A stretch of 64,000 bases of DNA from Vicugna vicugna. Taxonomy: Eukaryota. This document shows positions 50,721 to 63,242 of this stretch, piece by piece. The notes under the pieces were generated by a model that saw nothing but the letters and a program-made list of their open reading frames with translations, was not told the origin of the DNA and searched no databases. How positions within the stretch are numbered: position 1 is the first letter of the stretch; each line of letters begins with the position of its first letter. Both the position numbers and the translations under genes were made by a program. The stretch is from positions 1,118,001 to 1,182,000 of the forward strand of contig MU058153.1 of NCBI GenBank assembly GCA_013265495.1. Reading direction: 5' to 3'.

Positions 50721-51679
50721 TACACAGAAGGGAATAGAATAAAACATGAAAAGTCTGCTAACCCACCCTTTAGTTACATCAGGAAGGACCTCTTTAAGGA
50801 ACAATTAGACTGGATCCTAGAACGTGAAAAGGAGTTAACAGTAAAAACGAGTGGAAACGGGCTACAGAAAATACTTAGACAGGAGGAACAGCTATTGGAA
50901 AGGAATGGAAATAGAAGAAAGCATGGTATATTTTGAAGATTGAAAGTAGTATAGTGTCTTAATTTTAAGACACTACCAGTGCACCATTCATTCAACATCA
51001 GATTGGGGGGGGGTCGGATACTACAGAGTGAATGGTAAGCAACCGAATTCAGAAATTATAAATTATTTGGTGCAAACTGCAACTTATATGTCAGAAAATA
51101 AAATTCTTGCATGCAGAGGAGTTGGATAGAGATGGAAAGTAGCAAAGGATGAGGATACAGTCCTCAACAGGGACCAGATCAATACACTGAAGGCAACGAG
51201 ATGCTAGAAGACAGTGACTTGCTTCAAGGAGAGTGACATAGTCAAACTGGAGTCATTAAAACACTACTCATTATTACTCATTTTCTATGTATGGAGCTGA
51301 TTGGCTGGAAACTACCCTGGAGTTTGGGTAGCTGGATTTAAGAACCTATGCCAATAATCCTGATTAGATATATAAGTTCCCTGGGTTCCCTGGATGAAGG
51401 CAGAAATAGAGATGGAGGAAAATTAATAGATTTTTAAAAATTAGAAATTAAAGTGGAAAATGTTTGAAAATTGATTTAAGTCAAGAATGCTTTATTAATT
51501 CTTCAGGCATTTTATCATCCATATACTCTCAATCTTAGGACTCATTTCCCCTTGACGCCAGTAGCATTTTTTTTTTCTCATTTTCTTTCATCTTGAAACA
51601 TACATACACACACACACCCACACACCCCACTGGAAAAGCACATTTTAACAAACAGCCTCACCATTTTCTTTTCCCTTAG

Positions 51680-51747
51680 TCTCAGTCATAGCTTTAACTA
51701 CCTCTACATCCTCTCCTCAACTCTGTTTCTGCCAATCTCAGGTGAGT
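51680..51747 (+). other. Candidate 62-nt exon (51680-51741) or recursive splice site at 51741/51742
   Basis: Acceptor cctcaccattttcttttcccttag|; donor CAG|GTGAGT, itself preceded by a 48-nt AG-free pyrimidine-rich tract. Confidence 0.35.
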
Positions 51748-51898
51748 TACTATGATTGACATGAACTTGGGCCAGAAAGCAAAAGGAACAGAAGGCAGAG
51801 ATTTAAACTGCATTCTTTTGGGGGGGATGCTTTCCTTTAGAGGGGCACTCCTTGTTAGCTTGGAGAGTCAGCTTGTCCAAACACATTATAAATATAGA

Positions 51899-52104
51899 CA
51901 ATGGCTGACAGGACTGGACAGGGATTAACTGGAACTAGGCGCCAGACAACATTTTGGAGTGATGAAAATGTTCTAAAGTCGGACTGTAGTGATGATTGCA
52001 CAACTCTATAACTCTACTAAGAATTGTAAGATTTTTACACTTGCAGTGGCTGAATTTTGTGGCCTATAATTATACCTTATCAACACTGTTTTAAAAAGAA
52101 GAAG
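51899..52104 (+). mobile_element. Old L1 (L1MD/ME-type) 3' end
   Basis: ttttggagtgatgaaaatgttctaaa...gattgcacaactct...ttataccttatcaacactgttttaaaaa; possible TSD aaatataga at 51890 and 52105. Confidence 0.8.
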
Positions 52105-52639
52105 AAATATAGAAAGGTCACTATAGGTCGTTGCTATTTACTTTCTAGGCATTTCCATAGACCTATTTAATGCTTGCCTAGAATATCTGCTGTATTTTCT
52201 ATTGCTTCATTCATTATAGCTTAACCAAGTCAGAGACTTCAAAATTATCACATTTCTTTTAAAGATTTCTGTGACAAGGGACTTTTTGTCCAATAAGTTT
52301 GCAGTAAAAAAAGAAAAACAGCACTAACGAACAAGTGCCTGCCGTGTGCCGACCGCGGGCCAGGCTCTTTTCTAGGTGCTGGCTGTTCAACCATGAACGA
52401 AACCAAACAAAAAAATCTCCAATTACACAGCTCTGATTAAAATTGCACCTTATAGAGTTTATTGATTTGCAACATTTATAAAATACATGTAGGAAGTTTG
52501 AATCTGTGTCATTCATACGATTAAAAGTGCTCTCACTTCTCAAAGTCCCTTTAGAAAGTGAGTTGAGAGGCTTTTTCATGGTGGTGTGGCTTTGCTCATC
52601 TCTCCTCCACAAATATTTTATTGCTAATCTTTTCTAGTC

Positions 52640-52790
52640 TCTTGGTGTGCGTCTGTGTGTGGTGGGGGGTGGGGGTTTGTGATTTTGTGCATGCGTGTGT
52701 GTGTGCATGTGTGTGTGAGAGAGAGAGGAAAAGGGAGAGAGAAGCAGATATTGGTGTATGTGCGCATGTGTGTGTGTGTGTGTGTGGTGT
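52640..52790. repeat. Compound (TG)n/(GA)n low-complexity region
   Basis: Directly visible. Confidence 0.9.
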
Positions 52791-53192
52791 TTCTTTAAAA
52801 AGTAAGAAGTAAATCATTTTATGCCTGAAAATGATTACTGATAAGATTTTCCCTCGTAAAAGCATCTTCAATAGATGGACAGTCAGGACCTGCAGTCAGA
52901 TTTAATAAAAATAAGGAGATGTAGAATTTTAAAATATAACTGACATTTTAAAAGACTTCCCATTACTCAGGTGTATTTCCTAATCAAAAATACTTTGCCT
53001 GACACATACAAAGTGTTCCCTGTGTTTTAGATCTTTCCTGCCTCCCAGGGGCCATATTTGGGAAGCCAGTTCAGGCATGGGGCAGAGAGATGGGTTGAGA
53101 GAAAGATTTCAGAAGGCCAAATCTCAACTAGGGAGCAAGAAAATGAAAGATGGTGAGTTTTAATATTTCAGAGGGTTTTAGAGGATGTAGAG

Positions 53193-53441
53193 CAGAGTTT
53201 CTCAAAAGTGGTGCTACTGCCATTTTGAGCCAATTTCTTTTTTTTTTTTTTCCCCTGAGGGGCTCTTCTATGAATTGTAGGATGTTTAGCAACATCCCTG
53301 GTCTTCACTGATTTGATATTGGTAGCCCTTCCTCCCAGCTGCGATAACCAAAAATATCTCTAAATCTAGCCAAATGTCTTCTAAGGGCTAAGACCACCTT
53401 TTTCTCTGCTCTCCCCACTCAATACCAGTACCAAGCTACTG
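53193..53441 (-). mobile_element. MER20 hAT-Charlie element
   Basis: cagagtttctcaa...gaattgtaggatgtttagcaacatccctgg...gccaaatgtc; flanks atgtagag / gtgtagac. Confidence 0.88.
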
Positions 53442-53470
53442 GTGTAGACGAAGAGCTATAGCAGATTATA

Positions 53471-53595
53471 AGGGAAACGTGTGTCCTGGTTTGCCTGGGA
53501 AAGTCCTGGTTTATTCCTGTTATCTTGACATGACTATTAATACTGACCATTTCCCTTCCAATCATCTGTTTTTATATAACCTAGATGACCAGCCT
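53471..53595 (+). mobile_element. MER94-like hAT-Blackjack MITE
   Basis: gtcctggtttgcctgggaaagtcctggtttattcctgttatc...actattaata. Confidence 0.8.
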
Positions 53596-53955
53596 GGTAA
53601 TAGGCCACTTCCCCTCGATCCACACTGTGACCATGTGGCGCAGCACAGAGGCTCTTCTAGGACAATGACTCGAAAGCCTGGCTTCCCATAGCCTTTCTCT
53701 TCCATTAGGCCAAGTGGGAGTTGGCTTTATTAGCTTCAGGCTGGGAACGTTAGCTTTGCAGTATCCTTATTCAAAAGTCTAAACACGCTCTGTCTTCGCG
53801 TCAGAAGTACATGCTCTAGGCCACACTGTGATAGAAACTTACTCCGTGTTCATCTGTCTCTGATTTTCTCTAGTATCTTACCACTTTCAAGACAAAAAAC
53901 TAAATCCACTCATGTTTACGTTACAGAATTTAATCTGGCATTAAAGGTCCTTTGT

Positions 53956-53967
53956 GGGGAAATCCCC
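53956..53967. promoter_or_regulatory. Consensus NF-kB site GGGGAAATCCCC
   Basis: Fits GGGRNWYYCC on both strands; motif only, occupancy unknown. Confidence 0.35.
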
Positions 53968-54034
53968 AAATCTCTAAAAGTAGAGCTCATTTACCATGAT
54001 GATGGCCTCAGAGACTCATATGTAGTTAGTTACT

Positions 54035-54300
54035 GAATCACTCATTCATTGATTTCAAAAACATATAATGGGTACCTGCTCGATATCAGATACAGAATTA
54101 GGTGCTAAAACCCCCAAAATACGACTTCCACTCTGGAAAAGCATGTCTCCTTTTAACAAAGGAGTTTAACAGAGGAACAAACCATTGGAAAATAATGTGA
54201 TTATTCCCCTACTAAGGTTATATGTTAGGTTTAGTAAGACCTTAAGGGGAATAAGAAGTCTGCCAAAATAGAGGAAGGAGTGAATCGGGTTAAGGACTGG
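54035..54300 (-). mobile_element. L2 3' fragment
   Basis: actcattcattgatttcaaaaacatataatgggtacctgct...taggtgct. Confidence 0.65.
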
Positions 54301-55452
54301 GTGGAGGTGTGGAATTACTGTACCTTAAAGTTCCTTGCACTTTTCTCCTTTAGAAAGTTTAGCTGTCACAAAGGCTCCCCTTGGCGCCTTCAGCGGATAT
54401 GGGCCAGATGTGTGATACCACTTCCCAGGATCAATGAGCTAGCGCCCCTAAGCGCTCCTGGAGACCTGTGAAGTCGTTAAGGGACACAGACTTCAAACAA
54501 ACGAAGTGCAGTCCTTAAGGCCAAAGGTCCAGACCGAAAATTAGAACAAAGAGCTGCTCTAGGAGCACACATTGCAGTCATAAGCGCAACCCAATGACTG
54601 ACGATCTTGATTCCAAGCATCAAATACTGGACGCATCCATCAACTTAGTTCCATGATTTGGAACTAAAATGTGAGGCGCTGAAACTTGCTGTCGTCCAGC
54701 TTTACGGGGTTAATAAGCCTCAGTCCAGGAGAGCAGTTGCTAATCCAGATAGGTGTTTTATCCCTCTTTATCCCTCTAGTAAAGACCTTTGCCTTGACTT
54801 AGATTTTTCCCTTGATAAAATTAAGACAACAGACACATTTCCAGGGTCAGATTTCTGTGCTCATTTGCTTTACTCTTTAGAAGCAGGAGAACAAAGATAA
54901 CTTGGAAGGAAATGAGACTGTGGCCAGGGAGGGTGTGGTCTGTCTTCAGCGTTAACTATTTCATATGTCAATTGTCGCGATACGATTTTACAAGCAGAAA
55001 AGTGCACCCATTAAATGAGATCCGGGGAAACGCAGCCACATTTGCAACCTGTCCATCTGCATTATCCAACCCACAGCTGTGTGAAGGTTTTCCCACCTAC
55101 TGTTTGTGCAGGTAGTGTTTGCTCACAAATACTTACTTGCTCCTAGGAATACATCGTCCTTGGGGTAGCTATTGTGCGCTGCCAGTGGGGAAAAAAAAAC
55201 AAAACTCTGATTTCCAAATAAGAACGGTCCTGTCAACACGTTAATGGAATATTCAACCTTAAATCTCACAGGCAACCAAATTATTTTATAGATGAAACCC
55301 AAAGGCAGAGGCTTAAATTCCCACAGCTAATTAGCAGTAAACTTCAGACTAGAAATCAAATATCTCTTCATTTGGTCACATGCCCTTTCCATTGCCTAGA
55401 ATGAGATCACTTCCTAGTGAGATCACTTCGGAGCCCTGCAGCTGTAAAACTA

Positions 55453-55564
55453 AAGGGATGGACGCATCCCAGTTTGCCTGGGCCTTTTCTAGTTTCAGCA
55501 CGTGAAGTTTCGGTTCCCAGGAAACCCGGCAGAACCAGGACAGCCTGGACGAGTGGTCACCCTG
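55453..55564. mobile_element. MER81-like hAT-Blackjack MITE
   Basis: catcccagtttgcctggg...tttcagcacgtgaagtttc...cccaggaaaccc...tggtcaccctg. Confidence 0.8.
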
Positions 55565-56874
55565 TGACACATCTAATTTCATGTCCTTCCTCTCTCTCTC
55601 TCTTACTGACGCATACACTGGTGAGCTGAGATTTTCCTTAAGCTGGACTGTGTTTGCTTTCTTTCTTTCATATCCAGTAGGGCTGAAAAGCACTGACTGT
55701 GTTGCCCTGAAATATGGACGAGAGAAGCTTCTGCCTTGGGCTCATCCTTTGACCTCGCCCCAGGCCATGGCATGAGGGGCCTTGCAGCCAATAGGATGTG
55801 CCCATGCGGACATCAGGCTTCCTTTCTGCCCCAACGCTCCAGCTCCCGGGGACCCTGGAGATGACATGGCACACACTCTTCTGACCAGCACAGGCTTCCT
55901 CCCATTATACATGCACCTCCCTGCGAATGTGGCCGAGAGCAGCAATCTGCAGGGCCTGGGGAGGAAGATGTGGAAGGAAGTTGCATATGGGAGCTGGGCG
56001 TCCACACATCTGTGCACGCATTTCCTGGTGGCTTGGGAAGGAGATCAGGGTGAAGAGAAAGAGGAGGGTGAAGCCAGCTCTGGAGCCAGCTCTTCCCTTC
56101 CCTTTTCCCAAGTTCCTGCCTTCATTTCCAAGGCTTCTGAGAATTCCAAATTGAAACCCGGCTTTCTACACTAGCATGAGGGGGCATTTGTCAGGATAGG
56201 AGGCTTGGGCACTTTTTCTTTCACAGCTGGTGAGCTCGATTTATCATTTTAAGATACTTATTCCTATGGTGTTTGGGTTTGCACTTACACGATCGCCCTG
56301 GACTCTGCCACTCAGAGGAGGACGTGACCGCTGCCTTTCCTCAGGTCAGATCCGTTCCTATATCACGTCTAGATGTGCTGAGGAACAGCAACTCTGAGCA
56401 ACAGAATAATCAAATAATACTTAGGATGCATGAGCGACTGTTACTCGTGCTTTTTATGTCGAGGTTTTAGGGTCCATCTTGAGCTCTTTTAAACCCCATT
56501 GCTCTGACTTACCAATAGTTCCCAACAGAGGCAGTCAGGGAGCGATGTGGTCTGCTCTCTGGTTTTCCCCTTCATCGAAAGTAAATAAAAGGTCCTTTCC
56601 TAGGATAGATAAAGATGGAGGAAATTGTCATCTGAGATGGATTCAGTGGAATCAGTTAAACTACATTTCTCTAGAGAGACTTATTTTTTTCTAAAATAAT
56701 TCAAGTGCAAAAAAGATATTTTATGTTTTATATCACACACACAGTTTCTCACATGCATGATCTCAGTTTTCAGCCATTACATATTGCTGTGTCAGTAAAT
56801 TACAGAGACATATTAACACAGTAGCCAAATCTTATCAATTAAGAATGAATCATTAAAAAAATCTAACAATTAGC

Positions 56875-57075
56875 ATCAGTCACTCTTCACTGAGCATTTA
56901 TAATGTATCAGTTTTGTGCTAAATGGTTCACGTCCATTGTCACAGTTAATTCCTGCAACCACCCAATGACTGTGTGGCTCCATTATAGAAATGAGAAAAC
57001 TGAGGCTTTAAGAGTGAATATATTTTTTAAAAAAAGAGTATATCTTACCTAAGTAGTATAACTAGTATGTAGCAA
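56875..57075 (-). mobile_element. MIR SINE
   Basis: cactgagcatttataatgtatcag...aaatgagaaaactgaggctt. Confidence 0.8.
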
Positions 57076-57164
57076 TTTGTCCTCTGTTAAACCATTAGTT
57101 AATTTACCCAAGAAACATTCATTGCAAACCTTCCATGTGTCATGGCCAGAGCTAGGTCGTCCTA

Positions 57165-57500
57165 CTGTATTGAGTAAGTGGACAACACGAGCAATTATTT
57201 ATGGAATTTACTATAATCTGGGTGGCTTAGGATTTGGGAGGAATTCAGGAGAGGGGCATTGAACTCAACCCTGGGTAGAATGAATGTCTGAAAAGGTTTT
57301 CCCGTGGAGTCAAAGCTGGAGAGCTGAGTCTGACAGAAGAAACAGGCATTCTCTAAGCCTGGTGGCGTGAGGACAGACTTCTCAGGCCGAGGGAACAGCA
57401 TATGCAAGGTCACGGGGGCCTGACTATTTCTGGAAGGGGTCGAGAATAGCAGTCACTTTCCTAGGGTCAGAGGGGCTGTCACGGCAGAACGGATGGAGCG
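57165..57500 (-). mobile_element. L2 fragment
   Basis: caggccgagggaacagcatatgcaaggtc. Confidence 0.6.
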
Positions 57501-59529
57501 GGAGCACTTAAAACAAGATGGAGAACATAAAAGAAAATGATCTAGAAAACACCCATAGATTTTGTCTTTGTAGGTTCACAGTTATATAAAACATCACTGC
57601 ACGAAGACCTCCTGAAATCTTACCATTTTCCTTAATATCTTAAAAGAGGAAGAAATGAAGCCTGGATATAGTTAAGTGACTTGCTCAGCCTGACAGCTAA
57701 AAAATGAGTAGAATGCTATTCTTCTGAATTCCCAATCCCAAGGTTTAAGGCTCGAATAGTCATCTTTGAGACTGATTTTATTTTACCGTAACTAATCTAT
57801 CAAATACATTAGGATCTAATTTAATAAATGTTCTCTAATTGCAGACTGGATTTTAGTGAACATATTTTTGTAGAAGACTAAATGAATGCGGACAGACTGC
57901 AGTAAGGGCAGATACCCATTTGCAAAAAGATTTCTAACCATTTCGTTTTCAGTAGTCACCTCATTTGTTAAATGTAAAATGCTGTGATAGTGGCAACTAT
58001 TATTTGCATCTAGAGTGTGTTTTTTGAAAGGTGATCAACTCTTATGTTAAAGGTGAGACCTCTCAGATTTTTCTAGTCTGTATCACTCCCATCTCGACCG
58101 CTCGAGTCCCAGTTCTAGGACTAGCCCTAACTCTATATGGAAGGGACTGAGAGTCGACGTTTTAGATTGAATCCCAATTTATGTAGCCAAGCGTTTGTTT
58201 CATTCCTCAAACCAAGATCCCGCCTTCTATTCTGATAAATGGGCCCTCATATTATAACCTAGGCCTGTCCTTCCCTTTCCAGTCTTCTCCAAAGATGTTG
58301 AATTAAGCACTAAACTGCAGCCTATGATCGAATTCTACTTCCTTTCTATAGATATTGTTGGTCTGGCCATCTTCTTGGATTTCTAAACACATAATGGTCG
58401 TGTATGAGCCCTTTCCACCTTCTGGGAAATAACAAACTCTTCACTCAACCCCTTGGATGCTTGTGGATACTGAGGTGTCATCTGCTATTATTGCTCTTTC
58501 TCTCAGGTGGTGTTCACTTGGATGAGGAGGGATTAATTCTGGCACCCTTCAATTAAGACCTTTGAAAAATATATTTCCCATAGGAACTTAACTGTTGCTG
58601 CCTTATGTTAAATCAGCTAGCATCCTTCCTAAAATGCAGGACACGCTAGCCCTTTATTAAGGAGGAGGGTGTGGAGTGATAGAGATTAAAAGAGGAACAA
58701 TGAGATGGTGTGGTGAGAGTCCTTCAGAAGGGAACCAGGGTTCCAGGGGGTGGAGGTGAAGGGAAGCCCTGGTTTTTTTGTTTTTTTTTCCTTTTGGTGA
58801 AGTATCATTTGTAACCAGGGAAAATTCATCTAGCCAAAGAGCACAGATGTACCTCTGCTGAGGAGAACGGTTCTGTTTGCCAACTGATTTGGAAACCTGC
58901 TAGACTCCCCTTTTATTCTTAAAATCGGGCTTCTGAATTGGTCCAGCTCTCGCTCTTCGGGAGAAAAAGTTGCCAAAGAAACCTGAAGCCCACATTCTGG
59001 GAAGATGTTCTAAGCCACAGGAAATCTTTAAAGATCTATAATTGTCAAGAAGAACAGATGGAAACATAATATAATGGAAAGGTTAGCATCAGATATTGTT
59101 TTATTTAGAAAGAGCCTCTGAGCTATTTCTAATTACAGATCACAAAAGACAGCATCCAGAGCGATCATTAGGCTGGGAGTCAGGAGCCCCGTGTTCCAGT
59201 CACATCTCTCATTGTAACTGGTTCTAGAAGGTGCCCTTGACTAAGTCAGCTGGGTTGTCCGTCCTCAGCTTGTTCAGATGTCTATTGGTGGAAATTAGTG
59301 TTTGATTTTTTACAGTCCTGTTCATCCTCTGTTCTATGAGGGCATATGAGCATCCTCTGCAAACACTATTAGTCAACAGTGAAAGTCAAAATGTAAACAA
59401 AGAAAACACAACCTAAAAAAAAACACTTTAAAATTGTGGGCAGTGAACATCAGTATGAATTTTAGTTTTTGCTTTTATAATTCAAACACGCATACTTCAA
59501 TGTAATACAAACATTTTGTAATTAAAACA

Positions 59530-60185
59530 GAACAGTTTCCTAACTGGATGCCTTGTTTCCATTCTCATCCTTCTCTAGTCTTTTTTTTTTTTCTCTCCTG
59601 CATAACAGCTGGGATGAGCTGCCTAAAACCTAATACCATTATATTCTTTTCTTTGATACTTGCCTTGATGAATCCCTTCTGCTGGTAAGACAACATCCAA
59701 GCATCTTATCGTGGCTTCTACAGGCATCTATGTAAACAATGTCCTTCCACCTGCCCCGATCTCATTGTCTGCAGCTTGTTACCTCTTCACTAAGTTCATC
59801 TGTAACAGCCTTCTTTCAACCCTTCCGATACCCCAAAGTCATTCCTTATGTAGGATCGTTGTGCATCCTGGTCTGTCTGCCTGCGATACCTTGTCTGAGA
59901 TCTTGTCATCAATTATCCCTCCACATCTTTGCAAACAGACCTAGTCCGACCAACCCAGCTAATGTAAGGCCCATGGCTGAGTCCTTTTTACCTTGATTCC
60001 CTATTTTCTTTCTACAAAACATCCATTTCTAGCTCACATGGTATTTTTGACTTACATGGTCTGTCTTCTCTCATCAGAATGTGCACCCCATGCCAGCAGG
60101 GATTTTATCCTGTTCACTCCAGGGTTTAGGGTAGTACTCTGCACTTTAGGGTGTTGTCATTCCTAGAATATCCATTAAATGAACG
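59530..60185 (+). mobile_element. L2 LINE 3' portion
   Basis: cagtttcctaactgg...tctgtcttctctcatcagaatgtgcaccccatgccagcagggattttatcctgttcact. Confidence 0.75.
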
Positions 60186-61189
60186 GTGATGTCTGTGGAA
60201 GGAAATTCAGCCCTAACAATACAAAGCAGACCCTATGTAAGATGTTTATAGACACCCTAATTAAATATCCTATATTACTACCACTAATGCAATTTTATTC
60301 TAATCTATTTATATATATTCATGAGGCTCTTAAGGTACCAAAAAGGGAGCATTAGGGACACTATTTATGTACTGGACATCAAAATTTATGTAATATCTCC
60401 AACATATATAGTTTTCCATCAATGAAAAAGGTATCAAACAAAAGAAAATTCTATAAGATATTGTATGGAAATTTATTCAAAGATCTTTCTTGTCTTTTTA
60501 AAAAATTCTTGAATTTATTACTTCTTCCTTTATTACTTTCTTTCTCTTTTTCTTTTATTTAACAAATCAGAGATCTGATTGCATGCTAGCCTCTTCTGGT
60601 ATATTCTGTATTCACAATGGCTGATGACACATCAAAGAATGTATTTAAATACTTGGGCTCTTTGAAAATAGGTGATTAGAAACTGTTTTTAGAGCACATG
60701 TTATAAAGAAAAAGGATCAGATTCCAGAGAGATAAGGTGGAGAAGGAAATAAATACATAACATACATGTAGTCCCTGTGATTGAATTAGAGGTACTTAAG
60801 TATCCTGAATGAATGTTGAATTTCCCCCCCAAATAAACATACATGTGAGGGAGTTTATTCACCCTTTAACTGTTGGTGGCACCACTGTTCGAGAGACGTG
60901 CGAGGAAACTCCTTCAAGGAGGAGGGACACATGAAACCCCATTACAAGGTCTCAGAGCATGAGCAGCCGGTTGCTGGAGTGTCCTGTGTGATAGGCAGCA
61001 GCGTGTGCATCACTCTGCCTGACAGTCCGTGGACCACCCAGCACAGTGCAAGTCTTCCGTGTCAGCCAGGCCTTGAGGTGGGCACAGCTGTGTCTTCCAT
61101 CCGCAGAACCCAGCTGAGGCTGGTCTCATCTAATCTTAATTTGCAAGTGTTGGTTTTCCCCAATATGAGAGTGGTATGTATTCAACTTC

Positions 61190-61620
61190 AAAATATGAGA
61201 ACCACAAAAAGCATAGAAAAAATAATTCATGCATAATTCCACCACTTAGACATTGTACTATTATGGTACATGCTTTCCTAGCACTATTCCATGTGTATGG
61301 ATATGTGTGAATATATTTATTTAGAGTATATGTGTACATTTATGCATATGTATATCTTTGTATATATATTCATATATACAATATGTTCATATTATATATG
61401 CAGATATTATGTATATGTATGATGTATAAATGCAATCTATTATTTATATACACATTACAATGTTATCGTATGGAACAAACTGCTGTAACTTATCTGATTT
61501 ACTTTTAGTCAGCGAACATTTCCTATGCCCACAATATTCTTCAACAACGTTAATTTAATAATTGCTTAGTATCCCACTATATTCCATTTTTGATTGTTTC
61601 ACACAATATTACGAATGTTT
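61190..61620 (-). mobile_element. Old L1ME-type 3' fragment with an AT-rich expansion
   Basis: cataattccaccacttagaca...gaacatttcctatg...ttgcttagtatccca. Confidence 0.5.
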
Positions 61621-61699
61621 GATTTTTAAGAGTCCCATTAGCACAGACAGAGTGAAAAAGACAGAAATCCACTTTCAACAAACCATCAGTAGGAGGGTT

Positions 61700-61845
61700 G
61701 TTGTGTTCATTCTTTGTACCAGCCATTATGCTAGAAACGTTTTGTATATTATGTCATTTAATTGTCAAACATCCATGTAGAACAACAGCTAGTGTTATTC
61801 TCATTTTGCAGTCAAGAAAACCGGATGATATATCACAGCCAAAAA
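61700..61845 (-). mobile_element. MIR SINE
   Basis: gtatattatgtcatttaatt...ttattctcattttgcagtcaagaaaac. Confidence 0.7.
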
Positions 61846-62679
61846 AATATATACTACCTATAAATATATTCATACTCACACATGCAGATCGCTCACAGGC
61901 ATAAACATATACCAAATGGGAAGTTCTAAATTTGGTTATTTTGCCTTGAAGAGTTAATAAATGAGCCCAGGAAAGAGTTTGCAGTCTGTTGTAGTGTAAA
62001 GTTTTGTAAGTCTGTAGAATAGACGGAAGCACAGGCTCTCAGAACTATGTAGGTGTGATACTGAATGTCTTCTGACTTAGCCCTGTTGTATTGCAGATGA
62101 GAAATGTGAACTCAGAGAGTCGTGTTTATATCCGTTTCAGCACCGGAATCTAATTCCAGGCTGTCTAGGTCATAACATCATTTTTTCATGCATTCATTCA
62201 CTCTGATTATTAACTGAGTACCTACTATGGGCTGAACAATGTATAAAAGCCCTGACATGTGAGTAGATGCAATTTTCATGAGCTGCTTATTCCTGAGAAC
62301 AAGGTAGACTCTTTTTTTATGTACCAAGTCTGCCTCAATGGGCAATATCTCCAGTAGAGTCACTGAATTATTTTCTTCCAACTTCCCCCTTCCCTTATCC
62401 CATGACCACTCCTCGCAGTCAACTGACTCCACGTGTTGCTCTCCCTGTACGACAGACACTGACAGGCTTCTTCCATTCTAGGCATGTGGTCCTAGGATAG
62501 AGATGGTACTAATTTCTCCTTTCTCTGTGCTAGATATGGAGTATTCCGTGTGGGCCAGAAAGAGTTTCTGCCCACATGGGTCAAATCCTTTCAATTCTAA
62601 GCATATCTCTAATAGTATCAGGCATGTCAGATTATGGTAGGTGTTGAAATAAAGATTATATTGGTTACTTAACAATTAC

Positions 62680-63242
62680 CATTTATTTGACAATGCTGTG
62701 TAACATTATCACCTCCAATTTAGTGGCTTACAACTACAAACATTTATTATGTCATGGTTTCTGTGAATTAGGAATCCAGGCATGGCTTACCTGCCTCCTC
62801 TGGCTCAGGGGCTCTGGGAAGCCTGATATCAAGTTATCGTCTGGGGCCATAGTCATATCAAGGCTTTGAGGAAAAATCACTTCTGAGTTTACTCACATGT
62901 TTCGGTCTCATGGGCTGTATAATTGAGGGTCTCGTGTCCTCTTGGGTTGACGATCAAAGACATCAGTTCTTTCCTGTGTTGCTGTCTCCATACAACTACT
63001 CATAACATAGCAGTTTGCTTCCCCCAGAGTTAGGGGTCTGACAGAAAGAGTGAGCCCTGCAAGATGGAAGGCAGTATTTTTGTAAGCTCATCAGAAATGG
63101 CATCCCAGCACTTCTGCTATATTCTGTTCTTTTGAAGCAAGTCCCTGGGTCCAGCACACCTTCAAGGGGAGGGTATTACACAACAGCAAAAATATCAGGA
63201 AGTAGGGGTCATTAGAAACCATCTAAGAAGTTGCCTTGCACA
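62680..63242 (-). mobile_element. MLT1F-type MaLR solo LTR
   Basis: atttagtggcttacaactacaaacatttatt...ctctggctcagggg...cacttctgctatattctgtt...caaggggagggtattacac...tgccttgcaca. Confidence 0.88.

Noticed and set aside
55402..55429. Direct repeat tgagatcacttc x2 (similar short duplication at 25744-25771)
   Set aside because: Ordinary slippage duplications with only two to three units
58731..58795. Hairpin (aaccagggttcc / ggaagccctggtt) followed by a T run, resembling an intrinsic terminator; also a weak G4
   Set aside because: Rho-independent terminators do not apply in mammalian nuclear DNA, I found no upstream Pol III boxes, and chance is a sufficient explanation
62136..62152. REST/RE1 site (TTCAGCACC)
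   Set aside because: Left half only, no GGACAG at canonical spacing, and it lies in a MIR-like fragment
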